A stretch of 64,000 nucleotides of DNA from Rebecca billardiae RCC1528. Taxonomy: Eukaryota; Protista; Haptophyta. The DNA is taken from assembly GCA_965240325.2 (NCBI GenBank), contig OZ251237.1, positions 1,364,001 through 1,428,000 on the forward strand, read 5' to 3'. The notes below the pieces were generated by a model. It made no database searches and was not told the origin of the DNA. It saw nothing but the letters and a program-made list of their open reading frames with translations. Shown in pieces: positions 25,341-35,399 of the stretch (its first letter is position 1; each line of letters starts with the position of its first letter). Position numbers and translations under genes: made by a program.

Positions 25341-25510
25341 TATATATTAACGACGTGGTATGCAACGGGCAGGCGTCAGAGTCAGCAAGCTGTAGCAGCA
25401 GATCTTCGAGCAGCACGGAGACAAACACCGCGCCAGCGGCAGCAGGATCACTGAGTCACTATCAGCGCTCCTCACGCCGTCGTCCCGCCCCTCCCCCTCG
25501 GCCTCGTAGA
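25341..25510 (+). repeat. Short dispersed family A (TATATTAACGxCGTGGTATGCAACGGGCAGGCGTCAGAGTCAGCAAGCTGTAG...)
   Basis: Copies at 62540-62672 (+) and about 53897-54168 (-). Confidence 0.85.
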
Positions 25511-25685
25511 CGACGTAGTATACCGTCGTAGGGCCTGGGATCAGCTAGGCCTGCTCAAGGGCACGCCGCGCACGCCGGCGGCGCGTGGGCGCAAGCGCCA
25601 TCATCAGCGCGTGGGCGATCGCGGCAACAAACGACCTGATGATCAAAGATGCGCAAACGGCAACACAACTGACCCACACTACGCG

Positions 25686-25901
25686 ACGGCAATACAGCTG
25701 GACAAAGTATTGGGCCATCATCCACGGCAATACACCTGACACAAGTATTCGACGTTGGCAACAAGATTGACATCACGTGATGATTCCCAAACATGGAAAA
25801 CGGCAATACACCTGACCACGGTAGTCAAAACGTGCGTTTGGCAATACACCTGACTGACAGGACGGACCTGACCACGCTTTCCAAAACGGCAATACAGCTG
25901 A

Positions 25902-25949
<48 letters not shown>
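25686..25949. repeat. Irregular minisatellite (5-6 x GGCAATACA[C/G]CTGAC) followed by a (CT)n microsatellite
   Basis: Units near 25686, 25724, (25755 degenerate), 25800, 25839 and 25886. (CT)n at about 25905-25949. Confidence 0.85.
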
Positions 25950-25951
<2 letters not shown>

Positions 25952-26118
25952 TCGGATTATTACTCCTGCTAAGACTATAGGCTAAGGCTATGACAATTGT
26001 CAATCAGTCAGCACTCAGCAGCTGCAGACTGTAGCTACGGAGTACCGTATGATCGGGCCGGGCTGCGTGTAGCAGGCTGGGCACCACTCCTCGTCCAGCG
26101 ACCGCGGGCTGCGCATCG

Positions 26119-27600
26119 TCAGTCGCCGTTCTCCTCCGTCATCTTGCCGATGCACAGGTCGACCTTCGCCCAGCGGTTGCCCGACCACACGTTGCGTGCG
26201 AGCAACACGGGCACGTGTACGCAGTGCTGCGCGATGAATGGCAGCGGGTCAGCAGCGTCCCAGTACGCGTCCTTCTTGCTTGCCAAGATGTGCAGCGCTG
26301 CGCGCGCGCGCTCGAGCACCGAGAGCCCGCGCGGCGCGAGCACCTCGTAGTACAGATCGGCCAGCGTCCAGTTCACCTCCTCCGCGGCCGGCACCGGCTG
26401 CACCGCGTCCGCGGGCGCGTCCGCGTTGGCCGCCATCGCGCTCGGTTCCGCGAGCAGCGCGCGGCCAAAGTCGGCCATGTTGCGGTGGTACGAGGTGACG
26501 TTGGACGAGAGCCGTGGGTTGCACTCGATCGCGCGCGCCACGCCGTCCTCGCCGACGAAGAAGTCGATGCAGACGATGCCGCTCAGCTTGTACGTGCGCA
26601 CGAAAGCGCTCACCCAGTTGAGGATGGCCGAGTTGCCCGCGTGCGTGTAGTTGAAGCACGAGATTGAAGCCTGGTTGTCCGTGAAGGTGAGCACGCGCCC
26701 GTCAGTGCACAGCGCGCACGAGGAGTACTCGACGCCCTCGAGCACCCCCTGCACGAGCCACGGCGCCTCCGCGCTCACGGCGAGCCCCGAGACGTACGCG
26801 CGCAGCTGTTGCTCCGCACACGGCAGCTGGAAGAGGTCGAGCCTGCGCATCGGGTCGTAGTTGCACGACTTGAGCAGGTAGCGCTTGGGCGAGTGGCGCG
26901 GGAGAGCGGCGTTGAACGCGAGGATCTCGTCCATCGAGCGCATCCGCTGCGTGTCCGGCATGGGCAGCCCCGCCTCCTTCGCCTTCCGCGCGAACACGAC
27001 CTTGTCGTCGAGCGCGAGCACGTCCTGCTCACAGAGCGACCAGCTGCGCACGCCCGGCGGGAGGCGCGAAAAGGCGCGCGCCTCGTACCGGCTGGCGGAG
27101 GGCGAGGTGACCGGCACGACGAGACTTGCGCCCTCGCGCTCGACCAGCTCGCGGATCGCGCGCTCGAACGCCTCGGACTGCTGCTCGGGGACAGGCACCG
27201 TCACAAACCTGTCCACGTGCATGGAGAAGCGCGACGCCACCATCCAGTACTTGCGCGTCTCGACGAGGATGACGCGGCAGCCCGCGGCGCGGAGCGCGCG
27301 GCACATGACGAGCGACTTGGTCATCTTACCGCCCGTCACGATCGCCGTCTTGCCGTTGAGCGCCAGCGGGCGCTTGCGGGCGCGCGTGCGCAGCCACTCG
27401 AGCGCCGCGCCGACGATCGCAGCCGTCACGACAAGGGGCGCGAGCATGGCGAGGCAGCCGAGGCAGAGCAGAGACCACGCGCGGGGCTCAATCATGTCGC
27501 GCAGGGAGCGCGCATGCGTTGCCACCGGCGAAGCCTCGCCCTGCTGCGCGCGCAGCGCATCCCCGACTCCGCGCGGCTCGACTGTGCAGGGCAGGCACAT
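26119..27600 (-). CDS. mysC: ATP-grasp ligase MysC (mycosporine-glycine synthase type); start 27600 or 27495
   Basis: N-terminal hydrophobic segment, TGGKMTKS...GCRVILVETRKYW...RFS..VDRFVTVP, PVTSP, LDDK..F, YLLKS..YD..RRLDL..LP, AIECNPR, DPLPF, and C-terminal W.KVDLCIGKMTEENGD, all typical of cyanobacterial MysC. Confidence 0.92.
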   Translation of the reverse strand: MCLPCTVEPRGVGDALRAQQGEASPVATHARSLRDMIEPRAWSLLCLGCLAMLAPLVVTAAIVGAALEWLRTRARKRPLALNGKTAIVTGGKMTKSLVMCRALRAAGCRVILVETRKYWMVASRFSMHVDRFVTVPVPEQQSEAFERAIRELVEREGASLVVPVTSPSASRYEARAFSRLPPGVRSWSLCEQDVLALDDKVVFARKAKEAGLPMPDTQRMRSMDEILAFNAALPRHSPKRYLLKSCNYDPMRRLDLFQLPCAEQQLRAYVSGLAVSAEAPWLVQGVLEGVEYSSCALCTDGRVLTFTDNQASISCFNYTHAGNSAILNWVSAFVRTYKLSGIVCIDFFVGEDGVARAIECNPRLSSNVTSYHRNMADFGRALLAEPSAMAANADAPADAVQPVPAAEEVNWTLADLYYEVLAPRGLSVLERARAALHILASKKDAYWDAADPLPFIAQHCVHVPVLLARNVWSGNRWAKVDLCIGKMTEENGD

Positions 27601-27831
27601 CGTCGTCAGAATCGTCGGGAGACTTCGAGAATACTACTACAGTCTTACTACTAGGAATCATCTATCGATCGATATGAGGAATCCGAGCGCGCGGGAAAAG
27701 CTGGTACAAACGCGCGGATTCTCACGTCCTCGAGTCGCCCCGTGCCGTCCGGACAGGCCAGGGGAGAGACCGAGAGAGGGAGGACCACCCCAGTTCTCCA
27801 GGATCGTGATCCTTCCGCGCCGTGCGCGACG

Positions 27832-28974
27832 ATGCCAGCTGCCGAGGACAAGATGCGCGTGGTGCATCTGATGGGCTCCGCCGTGTCGGCGTACTACGAG
27901 AGCCTGAGCACATTCTACGCGCAGGGCTGCGTCGACGGCGCGCAGGACGAGCTGACACGCGCCCACTTTGACTTTGCGTTTGCGATCGTGCACGCGACCG
28001 CGGATGGGCCGCGCTGGTCGTTCCCAGCCGAGCTCTCCGAGAAGGCGATCGCGGCCGCGCCGCGTCTGACGCACGCGGAGGGTGTCCAATGCCTTGCCGC
28101 GATCGACGCCGACGTGTGCGTGCCGCACATGTTCTGCTACCCCGGCATGACCACCTATCGCGCCCTGCTCGACATGCTGGGCGTGCCGATCCTGGGTTGC
28201 CCGCCGGCGTGCATGGCGCTGGCGACGGACAAGTTCCAGACGCGCGCGGTGGTCGCGGCGGCGGGCGTGCGCGTGCCAACGGGCGAGCTCCTCCGCGCGG
28301 GCGAGCGCCCCAGCCTCGCGCTTCCCTTCGTGCTCAAGCCGTGCCGCGAGGACAATTCTATGGGCGTCTCGGTCGTGCGCCGGCCAGAGGAGCTCGACGC
28401 GGCGCTCGCCGAGGCGTTCCGCTTCGACGAGCGCGTGGTGTGCGAGCAGTTTGTGCCACCCGGCCGCGAGATCCGCTGCGCCGTGATCGAGGACGAGCAC
28501 GGCGAGCCCACGCGCGTGCTGCCGTGCCTCGAGTACTTTCTGAGCGAGGAGCACCCGATCCGCACGCCAGGGGACAAGCTGGCGAGCAGCGAGGACGGCA
28601 AGGTGACGGGGCTCGCGTCCGGAGCGCGCAAGTGCCCGGCGGAGCTGTCGGACGAGCTGCGCGCCAAGCTCGCGGATGCCACGATCCGCTCCCACCGCGC
28701 ACTGGGCTGTCGCGACTTCTCGCTCTTCGACTTCCGCGTCGACCCGGAGGGTGAGGTGTTTTTTCTCGAGGCGTGCCCGGTGTGCTCCTTCTCGCCAAAG
28801 AGCGTGATCGTCTCGCTGGCGGACGCGGCGGCCGACGCGGATGTGGCGCACCCGGCGCTCTTCCACACGCTGCTCCGCCGGGCAGCTGGACGAGGCCAGA
28901 AGGCCAAGCCCAAGGCCAAGCCAGACGAAAAGCCAGTGCAGGTCTTTGGCATGCATGCAGACTGTGCGCGGTAG
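27832..28974 (+). CDS. mysD: D-Ala-D-Ala-ligase-like MAA ligase MysD (shinorine/porphyra-334 synthase type)
   Basis: RVVHLMGSA...YESLS.FYAQGC, W.FP..LS, VPHMFCYPGMTTYRALLDMLGVP, AAAGVRVP.GELLR, KP..EDNSMGVS, GREIRC, ALGCRDFSLFDFRVDPEG..FFLEA, FSPKSVI. Confidence 0.92.
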   Translation: MPAAEDKMRVVHLMGSAVSAYYESLSTFYAQGCVDGAQDELTRAHFDFAFAIVHATADGPRWSFPAELSEKAIAAAPRLTHAEGVQCLAAIDADVCVPHMFCYPGMTTYRALLDMLGVPILGCPPACMALATDKFQTRAVVAAAGVRVPTGELLRAGERPSLALPFVLKPCREDNSMGVSVVRRPEELDAALAEAFRFDERVVCEQFVPPGREIRCAVIEDEHGEPTRVLPCLEYFLSEEHPIRTPGDKLASSEDGKVTGLASGARKCPAELSDELRAKLADATIRSHRALGCRDFSLFDFRVDPEGEVFFLEACPVCSFSPKSVIVSLADAAADADVAHPALFHTLLRRAAGRGQKAKPKAKPDEKPVQVFGMHADCAR

Positions 28975-30239
28975 ATAGTTATAATCTTAGAAGTAGATCT
29001 ATATGGCAGGCTTATTGGCCACGCCAGCCGGGGCGGGAGATGACGTGCCTGACCTATCCGACTCATTTCCGAGCGTCCCGCTGCCATCAGCAGGCCTGAG
29101 CGTAGGGCTCCGGCCCGTATTGGCTGTTCTGGTCCGCGCCACCAATCCGGCGGACCTCGCCCTGGCTCTGAAGCGCCCTGCTCCGAAGATATAACTTATA
29201 TAAGCTCCAGCCGCCCTGGCCGAAGCCATAGTGTGCCGAAACGGACCATATGCAGTGCAGGCTGCAGTCCCATCCGACCCCCGATTGGCGATTGTTGATA
29301 TCGATTCGAAATAACTGATTACGTAGCTAGCTATAATTTATTCAAACGAAGCTTGTGGGCATCCGACCACCTTGATTGATCGTCTCAATAGGTTCAGACT
29401 TCATTTTTACTATGTGTCAAGAAATATTCGGATTATGGTAGTTTGTGTCAACTCTTCGTGACATAATCCGCCGTCTTTTCGCACTCCGCTGTTGATCATC
29501 GCTCCGCCGCCCAGCTCGACATCCGCAGCAGCACTGCACCAAGTTTACTTCCCACTTTGGCATTTTGCACCTTTGACACATCGGACATCCAGCAAAGTTC
29601 ACGTCCGAACAGTCACACTCTTCCCTTTCGATCTTATTCATCGTCTTTGTCGATTATACCTTGGGCCTCCAAGTTTTGCCAGCAGTTTAATCGTCACGAC
29701 TTTCCAGCTTCTTATTCTTTGATTTTAATTTATCGCACTTCATTTTAATTTGTTCGGTCTTTTCTCTCGGGCATGCCTACCGGACACCCGAGCCCTCGAC
29801 CTTGCCGAAGGACCCCCCTATTTGATTCGGTCAAGAAGCTTCCGCCGGACAATTCCTACTCGTCACGTGCATTCACGACGAATGTCGAGAATCTATCTGG
29901 TTCACCGTTCGTCAACGTTCCCGAACGGCTTACGCGCAATAATTTCCCGTTGAATTGCCATAAGACGTTATATGACCCGGGTGAACGCGGTGGGGAACGC
30001 CCCCGTACGTAGTATTATGAGTAGCATATATTATCCGAGTTACACTTATTATAGTATCTGACGGTGCCCAGAAGGCCGCTGGCCCTGGCCGCACCGTCAG
30101 GTGATATATATGAGCGGCCGATTATTATATGAGCTAGCCCCGGGCCAGTTCAGGCCAGTCACACTGTCATCGCGTTGGCACGGTCGGGCTGCGCCGTACT
30201 TGAATGAGCAACAATCAACATAGCGCCCGCCGTTTCTTA

Positions 30240-31898
30240 CTACTCGTCGTCATCGTCGTCGTGCACGATTCGCCGCCGCCGCGAGCTGTTCGCACTCGAG
30301 CACACAGTGTTGTTCCGCCGCTGCTCGGATGATTCCTCCACCGCGCGCGCCGCCGTCTCCTCCTTGCCGCCGTCCTCGGGAGCGCACGGCTTGCCGTCTG
30401 CTTCAGAGCGCCACCGCTTGGTGGCGGCCGTGTGCGTGACCGCCGTCCCCACCGTAAGGTGCTCGTCATCCGCGTCCGCTGCCACGGAGTGCTGGCCGCT
30501 GGCGGGGCGCGGCGCGGCGAGGAGCAGGCGGAACGGCATGAACGCGCAGACGAACGGGTGGCTGAGGGCCTGCAGCGGCGTGAGCCGGCGCGAGGGCTCG
30601 TACGCCAACATGCCAGCAATCAGGTCGCACAGGCTGAGCACGTCATCCGCCCGATGCGCTCCTGACGTGCGCAAGGCTCCAGACCGACCGCCGCCGCCGC
30701 CGTCGGCGCCGCCCGCGCCGACCACGTGCCTGCTGAGCGAGAGGACGACGGCGGAGTGCGGCCGCATCGCCTCGTACGCCGCCACGCGCGGCGCGAGCTG
30801 GTCCCACCGGCTCGCCTCCGCGTACGCGGCCGGCGGCCGGCCCAGCAGCTCCGCCCACGCCCCGACGAGGCCCGCCGGCGCCGTCGGTGCCCCAAACAGG
30901 GGCGCTCCGCTGCCGAGCTCTGCGAGCACGCAGCCGAGGGACCACATGTCGACGGGGTACGAGAGCAGCGGCAGGCCGTACGCCGTCTCGGGCGCGCGGT
31001 ACGCGAGCGTCTGCAGCGCGCCGTCCTCGTACACCTCGGCCTCCTCCGGCGTGCACGCGTTGCCCATGTCGATCAGTGTCGGCCGCCATGAGCCACTGCC
31101 GCCGCCGCCGCCGCCGCCTCCGCCGCCAAAGCCCGGCCCGCCACCCACGACGCCGAGCGGGTCTCCGTCGGCGTTTGGACTGCAGAGCATGATGTTGTCT
31201 GGCTTCACGTCGGCGTGGATGACGCCCTGCGACTCGAGGAACGCAAGGCCGAGCAGCACGTGCGCGCACAGCTCGCGCACGCGCGCAAGCGGCATTGGCG
31301 CCGGCACGCCGAGCGGCGAACGCAGCGGCGCCATCAGTGGCATCGCAATCACAAAGAAGCGGCCGTGCAGCACGAAGCGCCCGAGCTGCCGCACGAGGCG
31401 GTGCTCGTCGCGAGGATCGGCGGCGTTCAGCCGCCGCAGCCGCTCGCTCTCCTGCTCGCCAATCGCGAAGAACCGGCTTGAGAAGACTTTGAGAACGACC
31501 GGAGGGTGTGTGCCCGTCGCGCCGTGCTGCATGCGGCATGCGAGCGCGCGGTCGGTCCGGTGGCGGAATAGGTCGTCGCACGCGACCACGCGCGCGGTCG
31601 TGCCCGTGGCGAGTGTCTGCACGTACCGATACCGCCCGCCGAGCAGCGGCATGTCCAGCCCGAAGCGCACGTGTCCCCCCGCGTCCTCGTCAAGTGGCAG
31701 GTCGGCTCCGGCCGCACCTTTGCCGGCCGGGTGCGCGGGGCCGAGACGGGCGCGCTGGCGCCTCGCGTCATCGAGCAGCTGAAGGCCTGCAGTGGCTCGG
31801 GCGGTCAGGTTGGTCGACGCGCGCACAGCTGGCCACCAAGACCCCGCCTCGTCGGCCCGTATCACGTCGAAGGCGCTCCCGGCGGACCGCAGCATCAT
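30240..31898 (-). CDS. Ser/Thr(/Tyr) protein kinase, CMGC (DYRK-like)
   Basis: VVLK, HADVKPDNIML, IDMGNA, LQTLAYRAPE, VDMWSLGCVLAEL..G.PLF, RRLTPLQALSHPF. Confidence 0.88.
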   Translation of the reverse strand: MMLRSAGSAFDVIRADEAGSWWPAVRASTNLTARATAGLQLLDDARRQRARLGPAHPAGKGAAGADLPLDEDAGGHVRFGLDMPLLGGRYRYVQTLATGTTARVVACDDLFRHRTDRALACRMQHGATGTHPPVVLKVFSSRFFAIGEQESERLRRLNAADPRDEHRLVRQLGRFVLHGRFFVIAMPLMAPLRSPLGVPAPMPLARVRELCAHVLLGLAFLESQGVIHADVKPDNIMLCSPNADGDPLGVVGGGPGFGGGGGGGGGGSGSWRPTLIDMGNACTPEEAEVYEDGALQTLAYRAPETAYGLPLLSYPVDMWSLGCVLAELGSGAPLFGAPTAPAGLVGAWAELLGRPPAAYAEASRWDQLAPRVAAYEAMRPHSAVVLSLSRHVVGAGGADGGGGGRSGALRTSGAHRADDVLSLCDLIAGMLAYEPSRRLTPLQALSHPFVCAFMPFRLLLAAPRPASGQHSVAADADDEHLTVGTAVTHTAATKRWRSEADGKPCAPEDGGKEETAARAVEESSEQRRNNTVCSSANSSRRRRIVHDDDDDE

Positions 31899-31976
31899 GG
31901 CGGCCGCGGCCGCCCGGCCGAGAATTGAGAAGGGCCTGAAGTCCTGAACCGTTATGAAGCAGGCGGGGAGTCCTCA

Positions 31977-33384
31977 ATGGCGACTGCGGAGGACGGAACG
32001 TCCTACGACGCTGCCGCCTACGTCGCCGCTTTGCGAGCCTCTCGCGCGAGCGGGCTGCAGCATGCGACCGACGAGATGGGTCCCATGGCTGCCATCGGGA
32101 CGAACGCGTACATCAATGGCGTCAAGGTGAGTAGCGCGGTCGCCGAATGGCGGCCAGGCGTTCGCGGGCGCGGCGCTCGCGAGCTCATGGGCCCTTGTGC
32201 CACCCGCCTCCACGCGACGTCCCGCCCCGCAGGTGAGCCAGACGTACCAGCCAACACCAGCTGCATCGATCAGTGACGTGGTACGCGCGGCCCCGATCCC
32301 GAAGAAGGCGCAGCGCAGTGTGCGCACGCTGCCTTCGGAGCGTGCGCTCGGGCCACTGGGCGCCGAGCCAGAGCTGGCGGCCAAGCCAGCCAACGTGCCA
32401 GCCTCGGCGGTCGACGCGCGCGGCGAGGGTGCACGGGAACAGCAGCACCGGCCGCCGGCTGCGGGCAACGACGGCGAGCTCCGCGCCGCGCTCCGCGCAT
32501 CAGAGGCTGCGGCGCCCAGGGAGCCAGCACGGCTCGAGGCCGCAGCGCCGCACGCAGCTGTGCCGCCCGCGGCCGGTGACGCGCGGGCCGCCGCTTCTCC
32601 CGCCGAAAGGCGGCCTGCATGGTCGTGGGACCACGCCGACGCGAGTCCAGAGGCCGAGGACGTCGACGAGGCCCGGCCCCGCTCCTCCCTTGAGCACCAG
32701 GCGCGCGCCCAGCACGGCGCGCGCCAGAGCGGCCCAAGCTCGGAGCGCGCCCGGGAGATGGTGGGCTGTTCCGCCGCGGACCGCGCGGGGGCGTACGCGA
32801 TGCAGCATGGGCACAGACCAGACCCGGCGTGGGAGCACGCCGCTCCCCAACCGGCGGGTGCGCGCAGGGGCGTAGCGACGCCGCCGAACCTCAAGCGGCT
32901 CGAGCTCTTGGAAGCCTCCCTGGGGCCACCGAGCGCGCACGCTGCGCACGCGGCTGCCTCCCTCGGGCCACCGGCCGGGAGCATGCCGCCCGCGGGAGCA
33001 TCCGCCGCGCCCCGCCGCGCACAGTACGGCTTCCCACACGCACCGCCACGGCTAAGCGCGGCGCGCGTGCCGGCCCCGCACCTGGACACTACGCACAATG
33101 GCGACTTCTCGCGGGGCTTCCGCCGGCTGTCGGAGCTCTTCTCCGTCCCCCCGCGCGAGAGCGCGCGTGTGCCCCCACACCCGGAGCTGCTCACGGCCGT
33201 GGTTGGTGCATCGATGGCCGTGCTCGCCAAGCCGTACGGCGGAGGCTTGGAGCCGGCCGGCGTGCCGAGATCGCACGCGTCCGCTGATCCGGCTGTGGTC
33301 GTCCCGCGAGGACTACGGCGTCCATCGGCATCAGCGGCTGCACTGCGGTATGCTGGTCCCAGCGATGAACGGATGATCCAATAA
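31977..33384 (+). CDS. Hypothetical low-complexity protein; intron 32127-32232
   Basis: A GTGAGT...CGCAG phase-0 intron joins ORF 31977 to ORF 32197-33384. Head-to-head with the kinase; followed by an AT-rich island. Confidence 0.55.
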
Positions 33385-33799
33385 CGGTCGCCGTCGTGGT
33401 GATATGGCGGCGGCCTGGCATCCGATCATCATCGTACGACGACGACTCTTAATTAATAAATTTATTTAATTAAATAATAATATTATTAGTGAGCCATCAT
33501 CTCAGTGCCGCCAGCTGCCCAGCTGTGCCAGCTGAGTGGCCTCGGAACGACTACAGTACTCGAACGACGACCGGGTATGATGCTGACTATGAGTAAGCCT
33601 TAGCCAGCAGTATTCAATAATAAGCCGCCGACGCAGTGCGCCCGCATCATTTATTGATGATGCGCTGGTATAGTCACTGTTGTGACGAATGCACATTGCA
33701 CTCGTGACGATGATATATATATATATGATCGGCTACGCCGATCTTCGGGTAGTAAACAACGAAGTTGAGGGCGCACGGCCCTGGTAGTTGTGAGTCTAG

Positions 33800-35240
33800 T
33801 AGTTGTCGTGCGCATTCTTCACCGCCGAATCACGATGCGCGCGCCCCGGGCGCGTCGCCGTGCAGGAGGCGCGGGCGCGAGTAATCGACGCGATCGACGG
33901 CCTCGGGGGGCTGCGCCGTGTCGCGGCTCTTCATTCAGTCTTCACGCAGCCGGCGTGCCCCTCGAGCGCGCGCACGCACTCTGACTCGGCGGTGTCCCAC
34001 GCCCACAGCCGCACGACCGCGTCGCTGTCGTCGCCCGCGCTCGCCGCGACGCGCCCGTCGGCCGAGAGTGCGACCGCCTCCACCCAGCCGGCGTGCGCTA
34101 GCAGCACAGCCTCGCACGGCCCGCGCGCGGCGAGCAGGGGCGCTCGCGCGCAGTGCTCGCGCCCGCGCACCCAGCTGGCGCGGGCGGCCGGGTGCGCGGC
34201 GCGCGGCGCGCGCCGCGCCCACGCGGTCGCGGACTCGTGCGGCGCCGAGCCAACCGGCTGCTCGAGGCACAGCGCGAGGCAGCGGCCCGGCGCCGTGGCG
34301 GCGGCGGAGGCGCTCAGCCGCGCGAGCTGCAGCCAGTCCGCGACGCGCGCGCGCAGCGCCGCAGCCTCCGCGCGCGCGGCCGCGCCCGGCTCGCCGCCGC
34401 CGCCGCCGCGCGCGTCGGCGTCGGCGAGCGCCGCGGCCGTGTCCGCGAGGTCGCGCCCGTACTCGGTCTCGAGGCCGTGCCGCGCGCGCGCCTCCCACCC
34501 GTCCGCGCCCGCGTCGGTGAGCTCGCGCGCCGCGTCGGCCGCGCGCCCGGCCGCGAGCAGCGCTTGCACTAGCTCCTCGCACCGGCGCACATTGAGCACG
34601 GCGGCGTCGCGGCCGGCGAAGGCCGAGGCGCGCGGCGGAGAGGAGCAGGGGCTGCGGCGCGACGCGCCGCCGCCCGTCCTCGCCGCCGGTGGCCTTCGGG
34701 TGGCGCAGCGGTTTGGCGGCCTCGCCCGCCCACGTGCCAGCCCAGAAATCTGCGAGCGCGTGCGCGTCGGCCGCGCGGGCGTACCGTGCCGCCGCCGCCT
34801 CGGCCACCTGATGAGGCGGTGGTACCAGCGCAAACAAAGGGCCATCGCCGCCGGCGGCGAGCAGCGAGCCGAGCGCGTCGCGCACGGCGAGCCACACGGG
34901 CAGCCGCACCACCGCCGGCACCCAGAACTCGAACACGGACGCCAGCACGTCCTCGTGCAGAGAGAGCGAGCCTCCTCCAGCTCGGCACTCGAGAGGCCGC
35001 GGCGCGACGCGCAGATGGCGCCGCACGCGCGCCGTACGAGCATCGCGCCGTGCAGCCGCTCGACGCGCTCGAAGGTGGCGGCGACGGCGGCGCGCGCGTC
35101 GGCGGGCAGGTGCGCGGGCGGCGGCTCGCCCGAGCGCCACTCCGCCGCCGCGTCGGCGAGCAGCACGGCGTGCAGCGCGCTCGGCGCCTCTCCGAGTGCC
35201 GAGCGCACCGCCTCGGCCTGCCGCGCGTCGCACCTGGGTA
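33800..35240 (-). pseudogene. Frameshifted fragment of a NACHT/WD40 (NWD-like) protein
   Basis: Protein-like segments switch frame: ASRRGLSSAELEE / LHEDVLASVFEFWVPAVVRLPVW..VRDALG / LNVRRCEELV / WD40 HAGWVEAVALSADGRVAASAGDD..VVRLW, then GHAGCV and a stop. The 5' part is missing. Confidence 0.6.
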
Positions 35241-35399
35241 TTTTTCGACCACTCTTGTCCCTAAGTGCGGCAGCTCAAAAAATGGCGTTTCGCTTCAAAG
35301 AATAATCGAATAAACTCTGCCCTGGCGGGCGGGGGGGTCGGCGGGCCGTGCCAGTGCTGTCGCAATATTTCCCCAGCGGGTTCGCGCCTTTTATTTAGC

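Noticed and set aside
25686-25902. CRISPR array
   Set aside because: Repeats are only about 15 bp, spacing is irregular, spacers are partly related, there are no cas genes and the context is eukaryotic.
17640-27730. Shared GGAATC/GATTCC motif in the cluster's upstream regions
   Set aside because: Short hexamer that also occurs elsewhere; enrichment cannot be shown without a background count.
27832-28974. Peptidoglycan D-Ala-D-Ala ligase / bacterial contamination
   Set aside because: It has MysD-specific motifs (HL.GS, MFC.PGMT.YRAL) and is adjacent to mysC. The region is contiguous with intron-containing eukaryotic genes and contains the host's dispersed repeats.
20477-28974. Head-to-head layout as proof of co-regulation
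   Set aside because: Divergent pairs are the norm across this window (coiled-coil/CLC, kinase/hypothetical, ANKZF1/LETM1-like, OMT/Sec61), so the layout alone is uninformative.
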